In this document: positions 33,415-46,115 of the stretch, in pieces | Layout of the letters: every line of letters begins with the position of its first letter | Position numbering within the stretch: the stretch's first letter is position 1 | Assembly (NCBI GenBank): GCA_964016885.1 | Contig: OZ024741.1 | Location: forward strand, 70,370,001-70,434,000 | DNA: 64,000 bases | From: Eledone cirrhosa | Taxonomy: Eukaryota | Reading direction: 5' to 3' | Position numbers and translations under genes: made by a program | Notes under the pieces: generated by a model | Databases searched by the model: none | Told to the model about the DNA's origin: nothing | What the model saw: only the letters and a program-made list of their open reading frames with translations

Positions 33415-35300
33415 CACATTAAGAAAACATTAAGGACAGTACATGATGGCTTAAAACAAATTTGAGTTTTTCATGTAAATAATGTTTAACAAAAAGAACA
33501 AAAATTCGAACAAAAGAAAATTCTCCATTAGGGGGAAACTTCTGAGAATCATTCATAAAGAGAGCCAACAAAAAGCCACGGTTACCTTGACCACTAGGGA
33601 AAGAAAGTGCCTCCTCTTAGTTGTCCTCCTTTAATCTATAGGTGCATATTCAGAGCAGGCCCATTCACTCGGGCCATGCTTGCCACTCTCACCCACCTTT
33701 CACCAAACAAGCTGAAAATCAGGTCTTCACCAAAGAGGAAAGTACTTGTCTTAAACCTTTTAAATGCATTCACCATAAGACCATTATCACTGGCCACCAG
33801 GCAAATAAAAACTGCCTGTCTTTCTCAGCTAAAGGAAGATGGAGAGATCTTCATGATGGATTCAACTGATAGCTAGATTCATCCTATAGTTATTTTGTCC
33901 TGTATGCACTTCGGACAGGCCCAGCTGATGGCACTTCTATGACTGTAGAGTTTATCTCAAACTGGCAATACTCCCTGGTAACACTGGTGGCAAGCCAGAG
34001 ATTTCTGGAAGATATCCATGGACCCTGGACCAAATGTCCTCTAGAAAAGAGTGGCTAGTTGATTTTTGTTGAGACCCAGAGTCTCTCCAAGAATGTCATT
34101 GCTTTTACCCACCACTAAGTCTCTATAGAATGCCAAAGCGGAGTTTCCAACTGTTGTAATGTCTGATTGGCAGAGGACTGTGACTATTTAAAGATATTCC
34201 AGTTTCCAAGCACTCTCTCTTGGTCTTTGCTTGACCCAGAGATGCAGCTCTTTCAAGGAGATGAGCTAGAGAAACATGTGTCTAGCAAATGGTGACCACA
34301 CCTGTTCACAGTCAAGGAAAAGCTTGAGATGATGTAATCTTAGTGCTTGTTTGTGCATCATCAGCCATGGGATGCTCAGTCCTCCACATAGGTGTTGGCA
34401 GCAAATGAACCACATGACTATTGGCACATATCCCAGAAAAAGCAAAAGAGAAAACATTCCAGTGTAGTCAGATGTGACAAGACAAGACATGATGGTCAGG
34501 TAGTGGTAGATGATGGACACAATGTACACATTCACCACCTCCAGCTGACCTTTCAGGGATAATTTCCTTTCAGCCCATTTCTGGGTGAGAGTAGCTACTC
34601 TGCACATTACCTCATCCCAGCTTTTGTCCATTTGGAGGTCTGGACGAAACCAAACACCAAACAATTAAACTGGTCCTTCTGACCAGCACCCAACGACACT
34701 GTTGGACAGTACGAGCCTGCCTCTGCCTCTCCAGGTGCTGAGCTGCAAGCTCACTGACTCTTCCTGGTTAATTTTTGCTCCTATTACTGCTTCGTACTCC
34801 CTGAGACAGTGCTGATCACTGCAGTGACTTTGGAGTTCAAAATCACTACAGTGATGTCATTGGCATATGCTGACACTGATCTCTCACATCCTAGTTCACA
34901 TGGGATACCTCTCAACATTTCTAGTTTTTGCAGTTGTGGCTCAAGAGTCAATACATACAACAGAGATGAGAGGGGACAACATTGGCAGACTGAGTGTATG
35001 GTGTTGAATTGTTCCAAGAGGTGACTGTTCACTCTAACCACAGAATTGATGTTCTGCATGTTGCAGCAATCCATCCTTTGAAAATGGGCCTAAAGCTGAC
35101 TGTCCTGAAGACTGCTGCCAGGTACCAATGGTAAACCCTATAAAAGCTTTTGGTTGATCTAAGTTAATCAAAGCCCCATCTCTTCCAGGGCCTTTAGCCA
35201 CGCTCTCTATGATGTATCACAAAAGATGGAGGTTGTTGTGGATTGATCTGTTCAGAATGGCACATGTCTGCTCCTCTCCTACCAAATCAATGTTGCTTGT
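33415..35300 (-). mobile_element. Degenerate Tx1/L1-clade LINE (RT to 3' end)
   Basis: EQTCAILNRSIHNNLHL, LINLDQPKAF, SVCQCCPLSSLLYVLTLEP, SAYANDIT, GVWF...W...KW..RKLSLKG; 3' part repeated at 36060-36905. Confidence 0.85.
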
Positions 35301-36059
35301 CCTTTTGATATTTGAGTTGAAGACAAATAACATGAGAAAATATAAAGGTAACAAGATCTGAAATATGAAATACAGAGAATTTTCAATTGCTACAAAGTTG
35401 CCATCATCCCAACTGTACTTGGAGCTTAGGGACAGTGGCTGGCTAGAAATTGAAATGTTTGGATGAAATGTTGGATATAGAAATAAATTTTCTGACTCAT
35501 CAGAAGGCTTGTTTGCTTGGCGCAGCAAAAACTACATGAAAGGTGCTTAGATACCTGAGGCAGAGAATCAATGAAATACTGAGGTATGGTAATAATAATG
35601 GTTTCTGGTTTCGGCACAAGGCCAATCATTTTTGGGAAGAGTGGAAAATCAATTAAATCAACCCCAATGTATTACTGGTACTTTATTTTATTGACCTCCA
35701 TAAGGATGAAAAACAAAGTTAACCGTGGCAGGATTTGAACTCAGAAGGCAAAGAGACATAACTACATGCCACAAAGCATGTTGTCTGGCACTCTGCCAAT
35801 ACTGCCATTAATAATAATAATAATTGTTTCTACTTTAGGCACAAGGCCAACATTTTGAAGGGGAGGGGAAAGTCGATTAAATTGACTCTAGTACATTACT
35901 GGTACTTTATTTTATTGACCCTGTAAGGATGAAAGGCAAAGCTAACAACAGCAAAATAATGGTTTCTGATTTAGTAAATAACACTTGCCCAAGATGCCAC
36001 ACAAGGGGATTATATCTGGGACCTAACGGCTGTGAAGTCTTCTTCTTAACCATGTGGGT

Positions 36060-36905
36060 TTATAACAAAGACTAAAAAATAAACATTTAAAAAATGAAAA
36101 CATAACAAATTCCTCAAAAGTGGGGATTCCTCTGAAGGTCACTCAAGGAGAAAGCCCACAAAAAGTTACAGTAACTTTGACTGCTAGGGAAAGTGCCCTC
36201 TCTTGGTTGTTCCCCAATTTACAGATACATACTCAGAGCAAGGCCATTCACTCAGACCATGCTCACCTCTCTCACCCACCTTTTAACAAATTGGTTGAAA
36301 AGCAGCATTTCCCTCTCCACCCTAATTTTTGTCTTCAGTTAAAACCTGAAAAAGTTAATTAGGGCTTCACCAAAGAGGAAAGTGCTTGTCTTTTACCCTT
36401 TCAAGCACACCCACTACACAACCTCTTTCACTATGGTCACCAGGCAGATAAAACCTGTCTTTTCTTCCACCAATATGGTGGAGTGATCTTCACAATGGAC
36501 TCGGTTGATAGTCAGATTTGTCCCACACATGACAGCTGGTGGTTGACATAAACCCCTAAGTCAGCAATGTTGACACATGTGTGTGCAGGACAGTTTTGTC
36601 ACCCTGTGTGCATCTTGGATAGGCCCAGCTAATGCACTTTCATGCCTGCAGAGTTTATCTTGAGCTGGCAAAGCTCCTTGGCAGCACTGCTAGGCCAGGG
36701 AATTTTGGAAGTTAGCCATTGGCCTTGGACTGAAATTCCTCTGGAAAAGCGTAGCTAGTTGATTTTCATCGACCACCCAAGTCCCCACAAAAATGTTGTC
36801 GCTTTTACCCACCACTAAACCTCTATAAAAAGCTAATATGGAGTTTCCACCGATTGCACTGCCTGATTGCCTGAGGGCTGTGAGCACTTGGAGACATTGC
36901 AGTTT
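36060..36905 (-). mobile_element. Second Tx1-like 3' fragment
   Basis: Collinear with 33500-34200 (accaaagaggaaagt, ggcccagct, gcttttacccaccactaa); 3'-UTR-only pieces at ~42050-42320 (-) and ~55925-56035 (+). Confidence 0.8.
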
Positions 36906-37435
36906 AACAATAAAAATAATAATTTCTTTATTGGCCATAATGATGATTTCTACTATAGGCACAAGGCCAGCAAATTTGGGTGGAGAGAAAAGTCGATTAA
37001 ATTGACCCCAGTGCATTACTGGTGTTTTCATTTATCGACCCCATAAGAATGAAAGGCAAAGCTAACCTTGGCGGGATTTGAACTTAGAACGTAAAGGGCC
37101 GTAACTCTATGTTGCGAAGCATCTTGTCTGACACTCTATCGACACTACCAATCCATGGCCCTCATTGGCCACAATAATAATAAGGTTTAACAATCAATTG
37201 ATGATTAGGAAGAGAATGAGGTTAATGGAGAAAAATATAGAACAGAAATAAATAAATCTATTTCGATCAATTATTATCAAGCTGTAATTATATTTTTGAT
37301 TATCTTTCTCATCCATTACTTGCTACTGAACTGTTATTTCTTTTTAAATCACATTTGATGAAACACCTTGTGCTATTTTTTTTACTTGCTCTTGTGTTTC
37401 TCCTCTTTCTGTTATTGCCTTTCTTTTTTTCTTAC

Positions 37436-38000
37436 ATGGATGAATGGTTAAGAAGACAGCTTCCCAGCCATTAGGTCCTGGGTTTGATCCCACTGTGTGG
37501 CATCTTGGGTAAGTGTCATTTACTAAATGACACAGGTTAACTAAAGCTTTGTGAGTGAAACTGGATCAGTGGAAACAGTTTAGAAGCTTGTCAGATGGAC
37601 AGTACCTGTAATTCAAAGGGAAAGCAAGGCAAAGGGAGATAGTAATAAGAGAGAGGGAGTGAACTTTTGAAGGGAGAGGCATTATAGAGTGAGGAAGAAT
37701 AGTTACATATTTGTTACTGAGACACGTGGCTTTGTAGTTAGGATATTTGACTGACAATCATAAGGTCATGAGTTTGATTCTGGGTGGTGTGTTGCTCTAG
37801 TCGACTCAGCTGGCAAAAATGAGTTGTACTTGTAATCTGAAGGACCAGCCTTATCATGTTCTGTGTCAAGTTTCCCTGAGAACTACATTAAAGGTACATA
37901 TGTTTGTGGATTGCTCAGCCACCTGCACATTAATTTCATAAGCAGGCTGTTCTGTTGATTGTATCAACTGGAACACTTGTTGTAACCAGCAGAGTGCCAC
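37436..38000 (+). mobile_element. Two further tRNA-derived SINE types (37436-37590 and 37720-38000)
   Basis: tggttaagaag...gggtttgatcccactgtgtggcatcttgggtaagtgtc; the second type recurs reversed at ~51050-51285 and ~61190-61270. Confidence 0.6.
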
Positions 38001-39640
38001 TAACTGAGAGATAGGAAGAGATAGAAAGAGATAGTGTTGGGTGGTGAATGTTATTAGAAATGGCCGTCAGCAGATAGCGTGATGGCTGAGACACAGAGAA
38101 AGAGCTGTAGTGTGGGTGGACTCATAGGACTGAAGGCCGGAGGAGGGGCTGGATATATATCAGATTAAGAGTATCCTGCTTTATGTGAGCAGCATCGTGC
38201 AAGGAATACGGAAGGTGGTGGATGAGCATCAGAAGACTGTAGAAGTCTGACTGGGCCCAAGCTCTCTGAGAGAAGGTGTGCGAGAGGGGATTGAATGAAA
38301 TGTAGGAGCAGGTAGATGAGAGAATAAGAGGATGTGTGCAGTAAATTAAAAGAGTGAGAGACTGTGTGTGTGTGTGTGAGGTAGCAGAGTTGTTAGAGCA
38401 TTGGATATTTATTTTAGGTCTCTGCATTTTGAGTTCAACTCCCAGAGGTCCACTTTGTCTTTCACTCAACGAAGTACCAAGGCAGTACTAGCACAGCCCT
38501 CTCTTCTTCCAACTATCACATAATTGATGTTCTATTGGATCAAAGGAGGGAGAGTTGAGAAGGTGTCTGTTTGTTCACAATCGCATTGGCACCTAAAACC
38601 CTTAGTAAAAATCATGGTATATTTTACCAAGTCTCACTCGATTGTGAGAGGTGACAGTTATCATCATCATCATCATCATCATTATCATTTAATCTCTGTT
38701 TTCCCCTCTAGTAAGATTTAGATGTGTCATCTCAGACTAGTCATATTCAAATGGAACCACTGACCTCTCAGATGGGGCAAAGTCCTGCATGCTTACATAT
38801 GTTCCTCTACTCTCTCTCCCCATTAATCTCTCTCTCTATCTATCTATCTATCTAACTATATATATATATATACACACACACGCACATACATATAAGCATT
38901 CTGCTTCCTCTCTATGCATAGCAAATTTCTACAGTTGGATGTCCTTTATGTCACCAACCCATACTTTTCAGTATTTTTGTAATTTCTTGTCTAATTTCAT
39001 ACCATGTTGAATATCACTGATTTACTATAATAATACACTTGTGTTTACTTTGTTTGACTCTTCAGATATCAAACTGCCTTAAACTGTTCTTCATTCTGTA
39101 ATACAAAATTGTTTACATATAAAAATTGGAAAATTCATCACCAGAACAGCCGTTAAAACAGCTAAATGTTGTCAAAGATAGCGATGGGCAAAAATGTCTC
39201 AGAGGATAGAGACAAGCAGCCAGTGGTTGGCAGAGAGACAATCCACAAGTGTGAAGCTTTTTTGCCCATTGCTGTCTTTGACAGCTGTTCTGGCAATGAG
39301 TTTTCTCATTTTTATATGTATTCACACTCTCGATCAGAGACAACTTTGTTTTCTACAAAACTGTTTGTTTCAAATTTTATGTAAGAAAATGTGTTATTTT
39401 CAAACACCAATTTAATAATGAAAATGTCTGTTATGTTATTAAATCTCTCCAAATTTTTGTTATTTTCAAAATTAATTTAAAATCATAAACAGTGTACTTA
39501 ATAATAATAATAATATTAGAATTATGATTAAAAAAGGCTTAATCAATCATATGTATAATTCTGTGACATCGTTTTTATTCCTTCTCAGAGTATTTTTCTC
39601 GTTCAGGAACAGTTATAAAGGAAACATTTTGCTTTTGTAG

Positions 39641-39970
39641 ATGTCTGCAAAAGGGAAGATTAACGTTGAAAAATGGGACCCAAATGCTGATGGGGAACTG
39701 AATGAAGTGAACTTGAGGAAAAAGTTGAAGAAGAAAGGGTGCAACTGTTTGACCTACGAATACCCACCGGGCACTGTGTTCTGTGACCACACCTATGGTC
39801 ACTCCAAAAAGGATGCTATACTCACTGGTCAATATGAAGTGTTCATGTATGGACAAAAGGCAGTCCTTCAGCCTGGCGACATGATTGATATCCCTGCCAA
39901 CACCATACATAACACAGCTGTTGTTGGAAACAAGTTTGTCCAATTCTTTGATGCAAGTGTGATTTACTAA
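39641..39970 (+). CDS. Single-domain cupin (Cupin_2-like beta-barrel) protein, 109 aa, intronless CDS
   Basis: Intact ORF; cupin motif 1 YPPGTVFCDHTYGHSKKDAILTG and motif 2 LQPGDMIDIPANTIHNTAV; splice acceptor ttttgcttttgtag directly before the ATG; AT-rich downstream region with ATTAAA 40611 and AATAAA 41154. Confidence 0.85.
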   Translation: MSAKGKINVEKWDPNADGELNEVNLRKKLKKKGCNCLTYEYPPGTVFCDHTYGHSKKDAILTGQYEVFMYGQKAVLQPGDMIDIPANTIHNTAVVGNKFVQFFDASVIY

Positions 39971-42763
39971 ATTCTTTAGATTTACCCTTTAGGTCAAGCG
40001 ATTTTGCCTTCTTCTTTCACTTTCCACTCGTAAGAGCATTGATATTCAGAATTCACTTTCGCAGCCATTTTCTTATAATTGTCTTTATTTCTACACAAAT
40101 CTTTAAAATCTTTATCTAACTCTATTACACCATTCTATAAGGAGAAATTTATCTATTTGCTGCACTATTGAAAATATTTGAGGTGAAACTGACCAAAGTT
40201 AATTTTTTAAATTATTACTTTCCTTGGTCTGTCAAACACTTTGAAAAAAATAATTTTTTCTCTGTTATTTATTTTAAATTCCTCAGTTTAATGAAAATAT
40301 TTGATAAATGGAGCAATATAAAACCTCCTTAAAAATTGATGGGTTCTATATATAAAAACGAAACAACAACAATGCATGAAAAGATTTAAAAAAAAAACGA
40401 CAACATCTAAATGTACGAACTAAAAAATCTTTTCTTTCTTATATATTATAAATTGAAATGATAAAAAAACATAAATGATGCTTTAACAAAATACATCATC
40501 AGCATTATTATCATCATCAACATCATCATTGATAAATGATGATGTTAATGATGAGTTATGATAAAACAATATTTAAAAAAAACAGATTGGAAGATATATT
40601 TTTGTTTAATATTAAATTATAAACTGATATAATATGATTTATCATATCAGTTTATTATTTATTTTATGTTTTTTATAAAGAGATTTTACGAAAATATCTC
40701 AACTGGAAGAAATATTCTTTTGGAGGCTTGTTTACATTTTTAGGAGGCAAATTGGCAGTTTTAGAACAATGGATTAAATATATTGGTATTTGGTCTAACT
40801 TTGTGCATTCTGAATACAAATCCTGCCTCCTGTCATCAGAAAAGTGGTGACACTTTTGCCAGGAGTTGCAACAAGCAGATAGTATCAATAATGGATAGAT
40901 CAAAGGAAAGAGTTTCCTTGATCTGATGATCAGCTCCTTTCCATTTTTTTAAAATTTTTTTAAGAAAAACAAAAATGAAAAATTCAAGCAGTCTTTTGTT
41001 TTTGTTCTTTTCAATTTTTCTTTTTGTTGAAAATTTTACACTAAAACAAAAAGAAACAGAAAAAAGAAAAAAGCCACCAAAACAGAAGCTTTGAAAAATA
41101 TTGTTCTTGTTTAGTTGTTCAGTTTGGACAATTTTATTGCCTGTGTTTCTTCCAATAAAAATATATATATAACCCATGCGAGTGTGGAAAAACAGGGGTA
41201 AAAATGACGACGACGATGATGATTATATATATAACCACGTAAAATCATGCAAATAGACTAACTACATAATCCATGGTTAAATATGATATCAAATTAAAAC
41301 TGAGGGTTTTCAAAAATGGTTCAATTTAAAACAAGAAAAGGTGAAAACATAGGAAGGAGGTGAATAAAGACATTATAAATTTTCTAAGAGATTAAAAAAA
41401 TTACGCAAACACAAAATTGAAAATTATAGATCCTGACAGCATATTGCACATTAGTGCACATAATGCATATGTATAATCACAACTATGTTCTAAAAAATTA
41501 CACAAACTGTCCCTGAAGTTGAACGTGAGAGATCCTGACTGTATATTACTGCACATTACTGCATACTGTGTAAATGTATAACTGTCCTTAACTATCTGTC
41601 CGCACACTATTTTGGCACAATGGCTGTGAGGTTAAGATGTTGGCTTGTTACTGCAGACTATACGATCAAGAATTAAAATTTGTCTATATCCATTCAGGTA
41701 TCTTATTCTCCAGTAGAGCTCTACTACTCCCTTTCCACAGCTAAAAAGTTAGCTGTGAATAAAAAAAAAAAAAGGCATTCCACTATTCAAAAATATAACC
41801 CTAAAAAAAAGAACAAACACCCAAACAATTAATATTATGCAAATGATCAAATAGACAAGCACTGTCTTCCCGGCATCAATAGAAAAACATGATGTTTAAA
41901 AATACAATTTATTTTCACCAGACTCTCAACCAATACATGCAGAGTGCAAGGGAGAAAACTCAACAATGTGAAAGAAACAGCACACATTTTTTTTTTTTTT
42001 TTTTACATTCATTAGTTTCAAAATACAAGATAATAATGATGATTTCTTTATTAATGATTTCATTTATTGGGCACAAGGGCCGACATGTAGGGGACAATCA
42101 TAAGGGTTTGCATATATAATTACAATAAGAGTTATAAACATAGGCATTACAATACAAGCAACTTATATAAACATGGGGGTTAGGGTTGGGAATTTGATGA
42201 AACAAAAAATAATCATAAAATACACAATAATTAAAATAAGATATAATATTATAAAATATGAAAAACAATAGGGTTGCTAGCTCCCCTCTTGTGGGAATCC
42301 ACTTGATAGATAAAGCCAGAGCACTTCATATTTCTGCTTAGTCACCATATATTGTATTTTTCTTCGGGATCACCAATATCTTTCATAAATGGTTCTTTGT
42401 TGGGTTCATCACTAAAAAAGAAAAACATATTTTCTGGATAAAAGTATTTAATAATAATAATATTTTCAGCCTGACATGTCAACCTGTTTAACCCATATGC
42501 CAAAATGAAAAGTAGACATAAAACAGTGATGATAATGGTGATCTTACATTAATAAGTAACTATTAATAATTTTTTTGTATGAGAAATAAATTGTTTTTTC
42601 TTTTTTTCTGGTAAACGTTTCAGAAAACATCTATTATTTCTTATTAGATAATTAAATTAAGTAATTACATAATCAAATATGTAATTAACTATTGAAATAT
42701 AAAAGACAATTCTTTCAATATCTGTATTTATTTTACTTAGAATTGCTTCGAAAATTGTCTGGC

Positions 42764-42796
<33 letters not shown>

Positions 42797-44596
42797 ATCA
42801 TTTTAATTTTAGCTGGTTGATCCCCTATTTTTATTAAACAATCCTAATACAGCTAATGTAATAACAGAACTTATATAAAAGACAGTGCTCCAGCATTGCT
42901 GTAATCTAATGACTGAAACCAGTTGAAGAATTAAAAGAAAAAACAAATTAAAATAAAGGGGTTTTCAGCATCATTATCAGTATCTTAGAGTTAGTTAGGC
43001 AGTGAATTAGCAGAGTTGTTAAGATAGAATGCTCTGTGGTATTCATTCTGGCTCTCTGAGCTCAAATCCCATGGAATTCAAATCCCACAGAATTTAAATC
43101 CTGCTGAGGCAAACTTTGTTTTTCAGCTATTTGGGGTTGAGTCGATAAATAAAGTACCAGTTCAAAATTGGGGTCGATTCTTCTAAGACTATAGGACAAA
43201 AGCTAGAGACACAAACTCCAAGGAATTATATTACATATATATGTACATACATATGGGGGAAGGCTATTGTATGCTTGATTGAGTATACTATACCCACACT
43301 GAAAATGTTGTGCTCTGGCCTTATGCCATTGGGTTGAAATCGCTGCTACTACTACTACTATTACTACTCATTCAAACATTTACTTATATGCACATTTCTA
43401 TGCATACATTTACATATAAGGAACAATATAAACACCTGCGCTATTACAACATTGTCAGTGAATGCATATAGGAACTGATAATATTCATAATGAAGAGGAG
43501 GGTAGCAGTAGCTGTTACTGCTGCTGCTGCTGCTGATGCTGATGAGCTGAATTCAAAATTAGGGATTATTATTTATTTATTTATTTATTTACATATTTAT
43601 TTTTATTTTTTGGTTACCAAACTTTCTTTTCTCTCCTCACAATAACAACATTTATTCTCAGAACGTATCCCTTTGTGAAGAAGATCCTCTAAACCTTAAG
43701 TTGGTTTGAACCAATTTCCCTTTTATTCTGGTTCTTGCTTAATATGGATCAGTTCCGTTTTATACTGGTTCATTTCAATGGTTGTTATGTTTTTTTTTAA
43801 ATAACTTTTTATATATTTGTATTTATATATATATATTTCTTTTTATAAAATTTTAATCTGTGTTATTTGGTCTGTTTATTTGTCAGGCTTCCCACCTCAA
43901 TAATCTTAAAACATTTTATTTTCCCTTCCTTCCCCGTTCTCTCTCTTCCCTTTTAATCCATGATCTCTCACCTGTGTTAGTAGATTCAAAAAAATCATAT
44001 CTACAACAGATGTTAACCAGATGTCTAGATGTTTGTTAGTTGGGGTGCTGAAGCTGTCTTCCATGCATAACTCATCTATTCACTATATTCAAACCAAAGA
44101 GGGGGTTTCTATGTAGGCAGAAACAACAGCCAAATCTCCCTCAAATCATATGCTACCATCTTGGATAATATAGTCTTACATAATAAAAAAAGAAAAGACA
44201 GGATGTTCATAAATGGAATACCTTTGATCCTCAGCTGACTCAGAGCTAAAGAAAGCAACAAAGTCACTCTATTGTTAGTAAAGGGATTCAGCCCACATTT
44301 AATTTATTTGAAGGTGCATGCCTTAGTAGTTCAGGTATTGAACTTACAGTCATAAGGCTGTGGTTTTGGTTCCAGGACTGGACAGAGCATTGTATTTTTG
44401 AGCAAGATACTTAATTTCACGTTGTTTCAGTCCACTCAGCTGAAGAAATTGGGTACTAGCATCAGCTGGGGGTGGTGGAATGTAAGATGGAAGAATCTTG
44501 TACTCTCAGCCGCTTAACACCAATGAAACCAATGATATAAGCTCTGACCTGATCAGCGTCTGGACTTGGGACAGGCTTTAGCTTTTTTCTTTTTCT

Positions 44597-44725
44597 ACCC
44601 TTACCATAAAGTGGTATATCCCTACCTGCTTACTCACCCCTCACCATAATGTGGTATAACCCTACTCTCTTACTCACCCCCACCATAAGGTTGTATATCT
44701 CGATCTTCTTACTCCTCTTCCCCTA
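44597..44725. repeat. ~40-bp tandem repeat x3
   Basis: Unit approx ccctcaccataatgtggtataaccctactctcttactcac. Confidence 0.75.
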
Positions 44726-45569
44726 CTTCTGCACTTCCCCATTACCATTATTTCTCCACCAAATATCAATACCATTACCATGATTCAGTTCTTCAGTATG
44801 TGCATTTAATGGTTTGGCTATGGTTTTACTATGGTTCACACCTCTTTTAAACAATATATACATTTTATGTGAATTGGCAGTATCGGTAGAGGGTTGGACG
44901 CCATGCTTTCTAGCATAGTTACGTCCCTTTACAGTCTGAGTTCAAATCCTGCCGAGGTTAACTTTGCCTTTCATCCTTACGGGGTCGATAAAATAAAGTA
45001 CCAGTAACGTACTGGGTAATTGCTGGCCTTGTGCCTAAAGTAGAAACAATTATTACAAATATTTATAGAATTTTTATTGTTATACGTTCTCTTTCTTGAT
45101 CTCTATATACCAGTTGTTCTATTTAGAGTATAATAAATGGACAAACATTATCCTCTTAAAAAGATCTTTGTTGTTCAATTTATTTATTTTGTCTAGTTTT
45201 ATTGTTTTGTTTTTTCTATATTTTACTTCTTTGTACTTAATGTTTATCGGTAGAGCGTCGGACGCCATGCTTTGACGCATAGAGTTACGGCCCTTGCCAT
45301 TCTGAGTTCAAATCCCGCCGAGGTTAACTTTGCCTTTCATCCTTACGGGGTCGATAAAATAAAGTACCAGTAATACACTGAGTATTTGCTGACCTTGTGC
45401 CAAAAGTAGAAACAATTATTAAGTTATTAAAGGGAGACAATTAATCATCAATTACTTCCCTTTAATAACAGGAAAACATCGAGAATAATTCTTAATGGCA
45501 ACGCGAGACCTTACGGGGCAAAAGTCGCACAATCACGGATGCTGCTCTTCTTTCTCTGAGAAGATAAGA

Positions 45570-46115
45570 AAAAGAGCACTAGAAGATGACACGGAAGATG
45601 CGTTCCAGAGGCATCAAGTCGACGGACCAAGTAATGAAAGAGAAATAGTGCAACTAGTTAGAGACATAAGTAGAACTGCATCATATCTAGTTTATGTCCT
45701 CTTCCTAGTGAGACATTTTCAAGAGAAGTGCTTAACTAAGAGTAATTTTCTGTATCTAGCATTCTTTGATATAGAGAAGGCCTTTTACTGTGTTTTCCGC
45801 TCAGTAATCTGAGATATGGATGAATGGCTATGTACAGAGATGGAAGCAGTAAGGAGGGGATTCCCAATGAGTACAGTGGTGGATTTAGCGTGCATGCAGA
45901 AGTCCAACAGGGCTCAATCACCTGTCTCCGCCTGTTTATCATTGTCCTCCAGGCTAATAACAGGCGTTTAAGACTGGCACTCCATGGGACCTCCTGTATG
46001 CTGACGATCTAGCCTATATAGTTGGATTTATAGAAGGGTCGGAGGCAACATTCCAGACCTGTAATCAAAAGGCCTCAAGGTTTTAGTAAGTAGAAAAAAA
46101 GACAGGACCCTATCA
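45570..46115 (+). mobile_element. Highly decayed RTE RT fragment
   Basis: FRGIKSTDQVMK, FLVRHFQEKCL, YLAFFDIEKAF, VQQGSIT, LLYADDLA; collinear with 7170-7800. Confidence 0.75.

Noticed and set aside
39066-39415. ORFs or a coding exon upstream of the cupin CDS
   Set aside because: The candidate donor at 39381 lies in a MITE and would join out of frame; at most a UTR exon.
45495-45812. 105-aa ORF MATRDLTG...
   Set aside because: Most of it is decayed RTE reverse transcriptase sequence.
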